DNA of 61,275 bases, counting the filler, from Catajapyx aquilonaris (Eukaryota), in assembly GCA_000934665.2 (NCBI GenBank). It is 4 parts of 4 records of this genome, joined end to end, with 100 filler letters (N's around TTAATTAATTAA, not from the genome) between each part and the next. Parts side by side here need not be neighbours in the genome. Positions count along the whole stretch, not along the records: positions 30,716 to 45,952 come from JYFJ02007554.1; positions 46,053 to 61,275 come from JYFJ02007555.1; 2 more parts are not named here. One strand, 5' to 3'. Shown here piece after piece: positions 39,253 through 51,476 of the stretch. The notes below the pieces were generated by a model. It had not been told where the DNA came from. It ran no database searches and saw only the letters and a list, made by a program, of their open reading frames with translations. Every line of letters begins with the position of its first letter. Position 1 is the first letter of the stretch. Position numbers and translations under genes: made by a program.

Positions 39253-39530
39253 GGGCGGCACGGTGGCGGAGTGGTTAGTGCCACAACCTTCCAGCTGTAA
39301 GGTCCCCAGTTCGATCCCCGGATCGCGCAGATAATATGTGAATAGAAATTCGATGGGTTCTCTCCATGTTAGCGTGGGTTTTCTGGGGGTTCTCCCGTGT
39401 CCTCCCGCAATCAAAATCCATCACAGAGCAGGCAATAATTAAAGACGGTCAATTAAAAGATGATCCCCTAAAAAGTCCAAGGAGGCTTATCACGGGGTAT
39501 CCACTATTACATACATACATACATACATTA
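39253..39530 (+). mobile_element. tRNA-derived SINE (family A)
   Basis: Same head, core and 3' end (..ccaaggaggc.tatcacggggtat) as 21702-21901; (TACA)n tail. Confidence 0.85.
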
Positions 39531-40070
39531 CATCACGGCTTAATCCCAGACATGAGGTAGCCACTATTATTATTATTATTATTATTATGTCTAATCAATG
39601 TGATTTGTTACAGAAATCATAAGGCCTGGCAGTTAGTGATGTAAAAAAAAAAAAAAGAAGAAGAAGAAGAAGAAGAAGAAGAAGAAAAAAAAAAACTGCT
39701 CCAGTTTTGTAGTACTGCTTTCCAGCCCACATGGACATCTCCGTCAGACCCCAGAGTTCTCTGACTAGATCAAGTGACATCAGTCCTGTTGTCAAACTTT
39801 AACTGGTTATGTACAGAATTAATTCTTTCGCAGTATTACTAATTTTAACCACAAACCGGAATTTACTTTAGAGCCAGTACAGGTAATGTTTACTGCAAAA
39901 TGAAATTGGCATGTTCTGCTGTAATGAGCCAGCAGTATGTTACCAACATAATTATAGGCTAGTCATTTCGGATTGGGACAATAAACAAATTGAAGCGATA
40001 AAATGTAATTTTTCCAATAGATTAGCTACTACTTAGAGCACATTTCAGACAATGAACACCATTACATTAA

Positions 40071-41555
40071 CCCCTTCGCTACCAGATAGGCCCGAACCAC
40101 ATAGATTTTGGTTTACTCGTACTCTGAAGATACGCACAAGATATTTTACAACTAATAACAGCTATACTTCCCAATCAGGTAAAACACTATGAATGTGCCT
40201 GGCACAATTTCACCCCTCAAGAAGTCCCTAAATCAATTTCCAAAAAAGGGCATACAACTCGAAATTCAAGTACTGCCTACAAACTGTTGGGCGGATTTAA
40301 TTACGAAATACGCTAAAATATACGAACAACAACCTTGAGAACCATGCCAGACGAATTTGCTGAAATTGTCATATTTTGCGAGAAATAAATTAATTCTTAT
40401 TTGCGACTTTTTGACACTTCGCGAGAAGTAAATAAATTGGGGAGTTTTCCAAAGTGCTCGAAAGCCGCAAAAAAGTATTAATTTATTTCTTGCCAAGTGT
40501 GACGATTTCAGCAAATTCGTCTGGCACAGTTCTCGAGGTTGTCATTCAGCATATTATGCTGAATGACAACCTCGAGAACTGTGCCATATTATTTTCACGC
40601 ATTTCATAAATAAATCAGCCTCACAGTTGGCTGGCAGTCCTCTTAATTTCAAGTTTTTATAGCCTTGTTTTTGAGAAATTAACCCTTTGTCTGCTGCGGA
40701 TATTTTCGTTGCATTATAATGCAACCTAACAACAAAAAAAAATTAAAAATTAACTGGTATAACCCCGACGGAAATTTCTTTCACCATAGAAACTAGAAGA
40801 GTTACCTACGGCAATGTTCATGAGTATTTATGCCACTCGTGTGATATTTTTAATGACACGCCGTCATAGGCCAAATGTCTCATTCATTGCAAACAAACCG
40901 GAACAAAAACTCCACTTAACAAAATGTGCCATCGCTCCTAATTGGCTGGGCGGACTGCTCCGAGCTCTTGGCGGTACCCGCTTGACACCTGAGCCACCTT
41001 TTTTGCACCTGGTGACTCACATTACCTCTGTTTAAACAAAACCTTTAAAAAAAATTTTACCGGCACTTACAGTTTTCATGATTTATTGCAGGGAGTGGAG
41101 TGGGAAATCATATAGAATTATCTTGGGACTTTTTCAATGGGTGGAAGACGCCAAAAAAAATCTTAGATGTCACACTAGGATGACTTCACCTTCTCGTGCA
41201 TAGCATATGAGGCGATACATGGCTCTATCAAGATCAACTCAGGTTTGTAGGTCTTGGATGCTTCAGCCCCATCTTGGTGCATGAATCGAGAGCGAAACCA
41301 ATGGTGCCAGATCCAGTGATTTTCATCTAGGGCACTATGTTTATACCCCCACCCAATGCGTGCAAAAAGGGAGAGGGAGACAAAAGGTTAATTTAAGGAC
41401 TTCTAGACGAGTAAAATTGTTACAGACTCATTCATAGTGTTTTCCCTGAACGTGTTAAGTATAGCTGTTATTATCTGTAAAATATATTGTGCGTATCTTC
41501 AGAGTACGCGTAAGCCAAAATCTATGTGGTTCAGGGCTATCTGGTAGTGAAGGGG
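40071..41555. mobile_element. Palindromic piggyBac-like MITE hosting a nested insertion
   Basis: TTAA|CCCCTTCGCTACCAGATAG...CTATCTGGTAGTGAAGGGG|GTAA; arms mirror around ~40440. Confidence 0.85.
40683..41387 (+). mobile_element. piggyBac-like MITE nested at a TTAA in the host's right arm
   Basis: TTAA|CCCTTTGTCT...AGACAAAAGG|TTAA; host arm resumes in register afterwards. Confidence 0.85.
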
Positions 41556-44500
41556 GTAATTAAGATTTTCACCTCAAATTTGAATTAGGATTTCGAAAAA
41601 TCAACTGATACGTTTGTGAATGACACATGCAAACAAAATATTCCAGCTCTACCCTCTACTTGTAATTCGTACACATCCTTGCACAGCGATTATGGAACAA
41701 GCAAATATAGTCAAGAGAAGGAAAACCGCCCAGCATTAAAACATCCAAGATCAGTCAACTGTTGCAAACGCTACACAAATAACTATCCCGAAGCTGTTAT
41801 TTTATCATTATTTTACGCATTTTCAAATGCAGGCTTTATGATAGTATTACAACGTTATTTGCAGTTAATAATAATAGAGTGGAGCTTTTTTTGGACATCC
41901 CAACAGCAAAATTCTCAGAACGACAGAAAACTATGGCGTTGGTTGGTCATAACCTCGAGTAATAGAAAAAAAACTCCTAAATGGTTTTTATAACTGGATG
42001 TCCTCTATCCGCCCGAGACCCGAGATAATTTTTGTGACACAATGTCAGTTTCTGTTGCATTTTCTTAATATATTGTCAAAAAGAAACAAGATAAAAATTA
42101 AAGTTCTAAATTATTGACCAACGTAATGACAAAAATAAGCAATGTACTCCTATGTGGACAATAAGACTTGATTGCTGCTATAAAAGCAAAACCGATACAT
42201 GCTGACAAGTTAAATGCTACTTAATGGTTCACTCACGCAGTGCTCTATCCTCCAAACAAAGTGGTAGCAAATCGTCTCAGAAGACTAGATAAATATTTTA
42301 AAAAATTTTCAAGGCCAAAACTTCAGGTATGGGGATTGCTCCTTCCCTTTTTACTTCCTCACCTCACTATTCTAGATTTTAAAAATGAACTGCAGTGCAA
42401 AGTACACTTCCACGGGTGTATAGGTACAGGCAGATACAGAACTGTTACACCTAATTCACATTATCTCTCTCTCCTCTCCCTCCCCCAAGGGTACGCTTCT
42501 CTGGCCCCAAAGTGGCTAGGGAGTTGCTCAACCGAGCGACTGAGTAGCTGGCCCAAACGGCTTTGCTTCTGCAAGCGCTCAAGGCCACACGTGCCACTAG
42601 GTACCGGACCAGCTGTCAGTTAGAAGAATCTTTTATGAAAAAGTGAAGCTCAAGTTTTGCACATGTAGGCCCACTATACATGGTGGTCCAAGTTCGTGGG
42701 TCATTTTTAGTTGTAGGAAATTTTGCTCATAGACAATTGTTTGTAGCTTGTTGCACCCCTAACCAGGTGCCCTATTCTGCAGCAACTGCTATATTCAACC
42801 ACCTGCGAGTAATGGGGGCACCTGGATCAGGGCACAAGAAAATAACAGCTTCGAGGCAAAATTTCATACAAGTAAAAATTACCCACAAACTTGGAACACC
42901 CTGTACAGTTTTGGGTGGAAATCATAAAATTACCATTTTATGAACCATATGAACTTTTCTGAAATTTTATTGACTTTTTATGGGAATGATAAAAGACCCG
43001 ACATTTTTACAATTGCACATTTATCACTTAATTAGTTAATTCAACATTAATAATGTTTGCACATTACTGGTTTTCCTTATACTACCCATTTAGAAAGGAT
43101 ATGACACTATCCAACTAGACCTGCACAATCAAAAGTAGCGTAATAAGTGGGACAGCATTACATATGGGAAAATTTACCTTAATGAAAATGATCAAGAGAC
43201 CGGAAAGCCACCTACTGTCGCATGTCTGACTTTAGCAGCGAAAATGAAATCACTTGTGAAAATGGTGGATGCCGCAGCTGAAGCTACGTGCCCATCTGAC
43301 AAGTTTTATTTTTTCCCTTATATTTACTGTGCGATTTTCGTCAATGCAGTGAATATCCTGGGATTCGCAAGGAATGTGTATTAGGAAATACGAAAAGATG
43401 AGTCTATGACAATCCTTGTTGCTGTAGATAACTGGTAATTTTCTTGTCCTGCTGAGACAAGATGTCCATTTAAATGGACATCGGATTTTATTTTATTTTT
43501 TCCCCGATGAATGGGCTGTAATTTTTCTTTAAGTGGCATGTACAGTTCTGGTCATATATCGAGGCAACCACCAGCGACATTTTCCGAAGCGGCAGAAGAA
43601 GGAATCTGTGAAGTGCCAAGTATATCCCAATTAGGAATGGCTTACTGGATATTTGTACCTTTTGGATTTTTTCACAAATTTTTCACTCACCAAAAAAAAA
43701 AAGTCTTATTACCTACCGCGCTTAAAAGCCGGCCTCTGAAAAACACACGTCTAAGGGAAAAGGGTACGACCTTGGCCGACAAATTTTGCCATACAGAGTT
43801 CCCCCCAAACCTCCTCAAGAGATTCCACCCTAAAATTAGTGCAAAAGATAATTCAATCGTTTTAAAATAAATGGGCCTAAATAATGTTCGTAAATGTCAA
43901 TTACAGGTTGGAGGGCCATTGCGCAGCTCCCACCCGGCCTTCTCACGATGGAGGGGCGCACGCCCGTAGGGGCTTTTGAACAGCTGTTGAGCGAGGCATT
44001 CTGTTTACTCCGGTGGGGGTCTATGTTACTCCCTCTAGCTCATTCTTATATTTGACTTACATGTACTTTCATAATTTATTCACAATCTGCATTCCATGCC
44101 ACTTATTACACATATTTCACCCTCCGGTTGTGTCAGCAACTTGAAATACGTAAATATTTTCTACGTTTTGCATATCTTGCTGGGATTTTACAGGAAAAAC
44201 CTGATGCGGGTCTTCTGACATGCACCCTGGTCGACGGGGGCAATTTTTAATGTAACAAATCCCAGAGTTGTGCTACCAAATTATTCAGTTTTGGGCTCAG
44301 CGGATATGAAATCACTCTTGTGTAGTGGAAATACCTTCACAAGTAACTTTGCCTAACTGTATACGTACACGTGGCTTTCGAATGTTTGCTATCATTTCCA
44401 TAAGTTTTTCCCACGTCCAAAAATGTTGCAATTTTCACTATTACTAACATTTCAATGTTTCAAATGAACATTGTCATGTAGAAATAAAATTATCGAATTA

Positions 44501-45023
44501 CTTGCGGGCTGGAGATCAGGAGATGCTTAGTTTCAAACACACCCATAACTTCACGACTGACCGAAAATCAAAAGCTGAAACAAAAATGCAAAGATTAAGC
44601 AAATTCTCACCTGCGCAAAATGAGGTGAAGGTCCACCGCAACATGTTGGCTGATGTGCAGTAGGTGCCTCATGAGTGGTCCTACCCAGCACAACCTTGGT
44701 TCACAACAGCAGTACACGGCAGTCGATTTCCTGCTCCAAGCCGGTCACAGCAATAATGGGATGACCTGAAGCAATCTTGTATTAGATCTTGCTGTGTCTA
44801 TTCACCCTGATAATCACAATCTTTCCCCAAAATTACAAAAATATCCATGTTCACATCTGGGTTAACCTCGCTACTGCATTTTCACGGTACATTCTCACAC
44901 TGGCTCCCAGTTCCACTGCAGGGAAATAAGCAGATGCCTGTTAAACTCAATTATTATCTACACAACACATTCTAATAATAGCACCTGACATACAAAGAAC
45001 TTGGAAGACAACTTAATCGTGTA

Positions 45024-45842
45024 AGGCCCGGTGCACACGTGGCCACTTTTAGTGGTAGACGCTCGCCACAGCAACTGGCCACCGTTGCTTATACACAGGA
45101 TTAAATGGGAGCATTCACTGCAGTGGCGAGGGTAGGCGTCTGTGGGCTTGGAGTGGCTTGGAAGTTGCTCGACCGTGCGATGGAGTGGCAGCCCCAAGCG
45201 TCTTTGCTCCTACAACTAGCGCTCAAGGCCAGGCGCCACTTGGTACCGGACCATTGGTTTACATTGGGCCATTCACACGGAAGCCACAGGTCACTCACGC
45301 CCGCAACAGGCCCACAGGCCAGTCATATGTCCACACTACAGGGTCATCGAAAAAGAATGTCCCATTTTTAAAACCCTATAACTCGGAAACTTGTAGAGAT
45401 ATTTTAATGATTTAATTTTTGAAATGATAAGAAATGTCTAAAGTTCCGGTCCTACCATAGTTTGTTTCGATATGAGCTCCATTTGTCGCTCAAAAATTGT
45501 GAATACGGTAATCGGTGTCCTGCATATCCCGCACAGGCATGTCTGGCGTTACCAGTGGAATATTTTCTTGTAGGTGATGGTGGTGCTGAATCTTGTCACC
45601 ATACATGTATCTCAACAAAAAAATCCTGTTTTGCCTAACCTTTTTATTCCTTGTCAATAGAAGGAGTCGCAATAATGCATTTAAAGCCACTGGTTGCCAT
45701 ACTGATCCTGGCCCACCTGCTGTGGCGAGCGTCTGCCCTAGTGCAGTGGCTGACTCTAGCGCTTTCAGTGCCGGAAGGCAGCGACTGCAGTAGGCTGTGG
45801 CTGTGGCGTGCGACTGAAGTGGCCACGTGTGAACAACTGGCG
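45024..45842. mobile_element. PIF/Harbinger-like MITE remnant interrupted by a Tc1 fragment
   Basis: TAA|GGCCCGGTGCACACGTGGCCACT...AGTGGCCACGTGTGAAC; inverted agacgctcgccacagc / gctgtggcgagcgtct. Confidence 0.5.
45339..45650 (-). mobile_element. 3' end of a Tc1/mariner-superfamily element
   Basis: TA|CAGGGTCATCGAAAAAGAATG TIR; minus-strand C-terminal remnant ...LQENIPLVTPDMPVRDMQDTDYRIHNF*ATNGAHIE. Confidence 0.75.
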
Positions 45843-45952
45843 CGGACTGGCAGGCGTGCAGTGAGTTGAACCTGGTTGAATGGCTTTTTAGCGTTGCAGG
45901 TTGCACTGAAAAAGGCGCTCTCATGCTATACCGGTAGGGTACTGTACAAAGT

Positions 45953-46052
45953 NNNNNNNNNNNNNNNNNNNNNNNNNNNNNNNNNNNNNNNNNNNNTTAA
46001 TTAATTAANNNNNNNNNNNNNNNNNNNNNNNNNNNNNNNNNNNNNNNNNNNN
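45953..46052. other. Assembly spacer N44-TTAATTAATTAA-N44
   Basis: Direct reading. Confidence 0.98.
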
Positions 46053-46522
46053 CGTTTCCGGACACGGTTTCCTATGTCAAAAATGTTTGTCTTGGTCCCC
46101 TCTATCACCCCTAGAAGTTTGTCGGTTGAATTCATTTACACCCTGTATAGTCAATACATTGAAAAGTATTATATAATAATTAATAAAAATTAAAATATGG
46201 GGGGGTCCGAAAAGACCCCACGGCACAGTTGCGTAATACTTTCAGGCACGGCACGGTTCCAGGTTAATGCTAAGTTTTCCAATGAAACTGACCACATATT
46301 TGGGATCAATAATTTGTTTCTGATCTTTGGACCTGAACTTTCCAGATGACTGAACTCTTTCTTTATAATTATACAGGAAGTCCCCAGTTTATGAATGACC
46401 CAACTTACGGCAATTCATACTTACGAACAGGCTCCAGCTATAAGGCTAACTTACCATTATGATCCCTCCCCTTTCTATCACTTCTGCGTATGTTGACCGA
46501 CACCAAGTTCAATATATGTATA

Positions 46523-46906
46523 CAGGGTGTTTCCGACTTCCGAGCTATCTTTACAAACTTCTAGGGGTAATAGAGGGGACCAAGACAAACATATTTTATA
46601 TAGGAACCAGTGTCCGAAAATGCGACTGAGCACACCCGTTCCTTGTCTATGAACCCCCTCTAGATGGTGTTTCCGGACATGAGTTCCTATATGAAATATG
46701 TTTGTCTTGGTCCCCTCTATTATCCCTAGAAGTTTGTCAGTCCTCTCGCTTAGCGCCTCCTGCCTGACGTCTTTTAATGCTCCCATTCCTTGTCTATTGA
46801 CCCCCTCTAGATGGCGTTTTTGGACACGGGTTCCTATGTGAAATATGTTTGTCCTGGTCCCCTCTATTACCCCTAGAAGTTTGTAAAGATAGCTTGGAAA
46901 CACCCT
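46523..46906. mobile_element. Tc1-like MITE with an internally duplicated right arm; a related gap-truncated end at 46053-46146
   Basis: TA|CAGGGTGTTTCC...GGAAACACCCTG|TA; the segment ...ttcctat.tgaaatatgtttgtc.tggtcccctctatta.ccctagaagtttgt occurs twice. Confidence 0.85.
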
Positions 46907-48069
46907 GTATATTGTATAATAAATAATTGGGGAACTACGTTCTTCTGCGCATGTAAACAAGCCCACATGGCATGTGGTTCGTTGGAGCAGCATCTCTATT
47001 CTGTTCCTCAGGGAACTGAGTTACGTACAAATACAACTTATGGACACTTTCAGGAACGTAACCCTGTTTGTAGACAGGGGACTTATTGAAATGGAGTCTA
47101 CCGTTTTAGGGTTCGAGACTGGATAACGGCAGTCACTGAACCTATTGTTATTAACTTCTAGCATGCTCAATATACCATGGTAGTTACCCTCTGCTGTCCA
47201 AACTAAAGCCCTTGTAACACATATTTCTAATCTGCACAACCAGTGCCAGTACTTCACACAATGAAAGGCAATAACTGGAGTGCACACACCTAGGCACTTC
47301 GCATCTGACCTTAGAACTGCACTGTCACCTTCGGTGCAAGTGTGCTTGTGCTAGTGGTGAAATAGAGACTATGCAACTCTACAAGCAACACATCGCTGGA
47401 AAAGTAATACACTATTAGGAGCCACTCTTTCCAGGCCGATCTGACACTTGTCAATAACCAACTGTAATATGCTGTATACATACACTGATAGGCGGCCTGA
47501 CACAAAGTTGCCGTGTTCAGTTGCCTCACCCACACAATGATGCACTAACATCAGTCAGTTCCAATAATACAAGTGTGCCCATTATTAGGCTGATGTGACG
47601 AAGCGTGCTACCCATAATACCCCGACGGCCGCAGCGTCCAGCTGACGTCACAAATTTCCAATAATGTATCACCTTACAACAGTGTCAATACACAACTCCC
47701 AACCACGACCGTCTGGCCACAACAGACCTTGGTGTCAACTTACAAGTTGTCCTCCTGCCGTGCCCTGCCCACTTCTGAAACTGATGTCCACAACAACATG
47801 CGGGGGATTCCTTCACCTTTTCTTCCGACTGCCGCTTACCGACTGCGCAGGGATTGGCAGGCCGAGTCGGGCCTCGGGCGAGGTGAATAAGCGTACATGG
47901 CACAAGGACATCTGGGAATAAGCACACACAGAAATCGTAGTATCGTTATATATGGTATCGTTATATATATATATATATACTTCGTATCTCTATCTCTGTG
48001 ATAAGCACATGCAAGGCTTGGCACATGTAGCCAAGCTGGTTTCTCGAAAATTCTCTCAGAAAAACATGT

Positions 48070-48324
48070 ATGGCATTCCATCGGTCACATGCTCAGTAAC
48101 ATGTCCAAGTGTTTAGACCCCAAAAATTAGTGATGTATTTGCGTAAGAGCAGCCATATTTGGTGACAGGAGTTGTGACCCGCCATTCACCCATAAAAGAT
48201 TCAATATGTTCAGTTTCAATCCTGGGTCATGCATGGCTCGCGAGAAAATAATAGATATGTTTGCCGAATTACCATTAATTTTAATGGAGCCAAATTCTTG
48301 GACATGTGACTGATGAAATGCCAT
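48070..48324. mobile_element. Small degenerate MITE
   Basis: tatggcattccatcggtcacatg...catgtgactgatgaaatgccata. Confidence 0.55.
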
Positions 48325-48990
48325 ATATGTTTTTATGAGTGCATTTTCGAGAAAAACAAGTTCCATAGGCGCATTCTACTCGCGTTTCTCTTTCATTTTA
48401 TGTAGGCTATATGTTGATTGGGTTTTGACCAGCACTTCCAATAACCGAAAAAATTATCCAAAAAAAGGCCCAATTTTCAAAATTTCGCGATATTTCCCCT
48501 CCTCACAGTATTTCGCAAGTTGGCTGAAACTTTATATGAAGTGTTACGGCATAGGTATGTACAGCAGTGATTATTTTCAGAAAAATCCGAGAAGGTCTAG
48601 CAACATTTAGGCCCACTTGTTTGGGGAAAAACTGCTATATTTGAGGACTTTGGTTTTTTGACTGCCCCGAGGTCAAAAACAAATCAATGACAAAAACAAA
48701 ATTAATGCCTATTATTATGAGTTACTTGTGACCTAGGGAACACGAATATGACGATGAATTTACATGGACAAATATCGTGTTGCATAGTGTAAATGTGTAA
48801 TCTACGAGGGTCGTTAGGAAAGTATTTACACGTTATTTTTTGCCACAAATAAATACAGGCCAGGTAGCACAGAAAATCTGTAGGCTACAGTGCAGTGTAG
48901 CACAGATATCTAGACGTCTGTGGAAAATCTCCAGTTATTCGGACATCTCCACGTCTGACTGATATCTACATAATTATCATGAATACTTAA

Positions 48991-49272
48991 CCCTGGAACC
49001 GGTGCCTGAAAGTTACGTTAACCATGACGTGGTGTCTTTTAGGACCCCATCCATATTTTAATTTTTATTAATTTTTATACAATGATTTTCAATCTACTGA
49101 CTATACAGTATGCAATCATTCTTTGAACAATGCTTAAAATGATCGCTAATTCAAAATAAACATGCACTTCCTGTTATAAACTTTTTAAATGGCAAGAGTT
49201 CATTGTAATTATAGTTTTAATGCATTTTAATTCCTTCGGGGTCCTAAAAGACCCCACGTCATGGTTCCAGGG
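48991..49272. mobile_element. piggyBac-like MITE; partial inverted copy at ~46148-46263
   Basis: TTAA|CCCTGGAACC...GGTTCCAGGG|TTAA with subterminal IR catgacgtgg.gtcttttaggacccc. Confidence 0.88.
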
Positions 49273-49538
49273 TTAACACATCGTGCAGATATCTACAACA
49301 GATCTACAAATGCTTATATTCAGGAAGATGGTCTGCGCTGGGTTTAGGGAATGGGGTGAGTTCGCTGTAGCTGAGGATGTCTCTGAGCAAGCGAGACTTT
49401 TGCAAAAGGGAGCCACAGCGATTCTAGTTGAATACGGTATTATTCTAGCCAATAAGAAAGTGAATCTGAGTAATAAAGGGGTTTGAATCAAGTCAGGAAA
49501 TTAAAAATTAATTCCTATATGGTAACAGGGTAACTAAA

Positions 49539-49631
<93 letters not shown>

Positions 49632-49660
49632 TATTATTATTATTATTATTGCTGCTGCTG
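49539..49660. repeat. Compound microsatellite (GTT)n(ATC)n(ATT)n(GCT)n
   Basis: Direct reading. Confidence 0.95.
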
Positions 49661-49732
49661 TCGTTACTAGTCTACTACTCCTGCTACTGCAGCAATCTGA
49701 AAACAGCAAAATGACAGCAAAATGAAAACCTA

Positions 49733-49868
49733 GGGGAGGATTCATCAAATGTCGTAAATCAAAATTTCATCATAACTGATCATAACCATAGTAAATTAAT
49801 TATTAGTAATTATGGTTACTACCGGTTACGACGAAATTTTGACTTACGACATTTTATGAATCCATCCC
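49733..49868. mobile_element. PIF/Harbinger-like MITE
   Basis: CTA|GGGGAGGATTCAT.AAATGTCGTAA...TTACGACATTTTATGAATCCATCCC|TTA. Confidence 0.7.
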
Positions 49869-50110
49869 TTAATTGCTGCATTTTTGAAGGTTCCTATAGA
49901 AACTTAACTATTGACAGCTTGTATATTGTTCCTAAATTTCACCACCATTTCCGTGTTCACTCCACCCACTTTCCTGTGAATTACACTCCTTCTTTACCAC
50001 TCTAGGAAGTGATGAGATGTCATGGAGAGTGAGTATTATCAAGATAATTCTGGTATCCTGGCTGGGGGCTGAAAGGCTATGCCGGGCCAGCCCCCTTAAA
50101 CTTAAACTTT

Positions 50111-50191
50111 AATGTATCCTGGCTAATGGGTACCCATTAGCCAGGATACATTTACCAGTTAGTTCTATACGTATAGAACTAACTGGTAAAT
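50111..50191. repeat. Two abutting perfect 42-bp palindromes
   Basis: AATGTATCCTGGCTAATGGGT|ACCCATTAGCCAGGATACATT (50111-50152) and ATTTACCAGTTAGTTCTATAC|GTATAGAACTAACTGGTAAAT (50150-50191). Confidence 0.95.
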
Positions 50192-51476
50192 TATAGCCTA
50201 TGCTAACCATCATAATTTGTAGTTCTGCATCTGGTTAGTAATACAGTAAAATATCAACATAATGCTCTTCAAGGGACCGCCCAAAAGTAGTGTTATAAGC
50301 TGGAATTCATTACATGCGGGAAATGCAATTTAATTCTTCATTTTCTCAAGAAATGAATGTCTTCACTGTTGCCATGTATATGGATGCTTGTAAACCAATA
50401 CTAAAAACAATACTACATAAAACAATTTGGCACAATATTTTATTCACCACTTCCCTAGCTTTATCTTCTAATCAGAACACCATGACTTGTGTGATGGTCT
50501 GAAGTGCAGTAAATTGAGATTTTGGTTCATTGGATTATTCGCATTGCAGCTCATGTTACAGGCTAATATGTATACAGATGTCACACCTTTTGAAGTGTCA
50601 TGATCTTTATTTGTTAGGTCAACTACAAGAAAAGATGATCAAAAAGATCCAGGCAACCAGTCAACTTACTAAGAAAGAAAATTGTCAATGGTGTGACATC
50701 CCTTATGAAGTTCTGAGCAACATTGATGACAATGTCAGTGCCACCTTCCCTGAGGATTTTTAAATCACAGGATATGGCAGAAATTATCACAGCCACATTA
50801 GTATTATCAGCTCTTGGTATAATTTACACATGTTCATCACTTTTACAGATACCTGGCTTTCACCGAATTGACATTCACAAGGCAGTTCATCTAGGTAAAA
50901 AGAAGGAAAATTATTCTGTGCTCCTGGTGAGTCTCACTATGGTATATGCTATCTCAATGGTGCCAAATTGATTAGATCATTGCTTGTCTTTAAGGCTACC
51001 AAGTTACTTCAATGGGACACACCAAAAGGTACTAAGCAAGTTATTGTAAGATACAGAGAGGTAGTGTCTAATAGAGAAGAGAATCACACATGTGTTTCAG
51101 AGGTAAGAAGGCAGATCATTGTTACATAGAAGGTACTATATACATATATGGTCTCTGAAATTCCACAGATTTCAGACACCCGCAGCAACAAACTAGCCAC
51201 TTGTGAAAGCTTGAGTGTTTACAGCGATGATGATTACACTTGGAGTGTGACATCTGTTACAGTATGTTACCATATAACTGATCATTAATTTTTATTTTTA
51301 AGATTGAGGTCACCATTTTCAATGTTTTCTTGAACAGTTGTCAACGGGTGGAACACTGACTGAAATGGGTCTAATGAGGTGCTATTACCCTGGTTCCTTA
51401 TTAGGTGAGTCATCAAACATATTATTTTATCAATCATGATCATATTAATTATGGATGGTACTGTGCACCCCACTAG

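Noticed and set aside
44611..47900. Linking the CpG-rich minus-strand donor at ~47838 to exon-like blocks at 38350-44937
   Set aside because: Would cross an artificial spacer between probably unlinked contigs.
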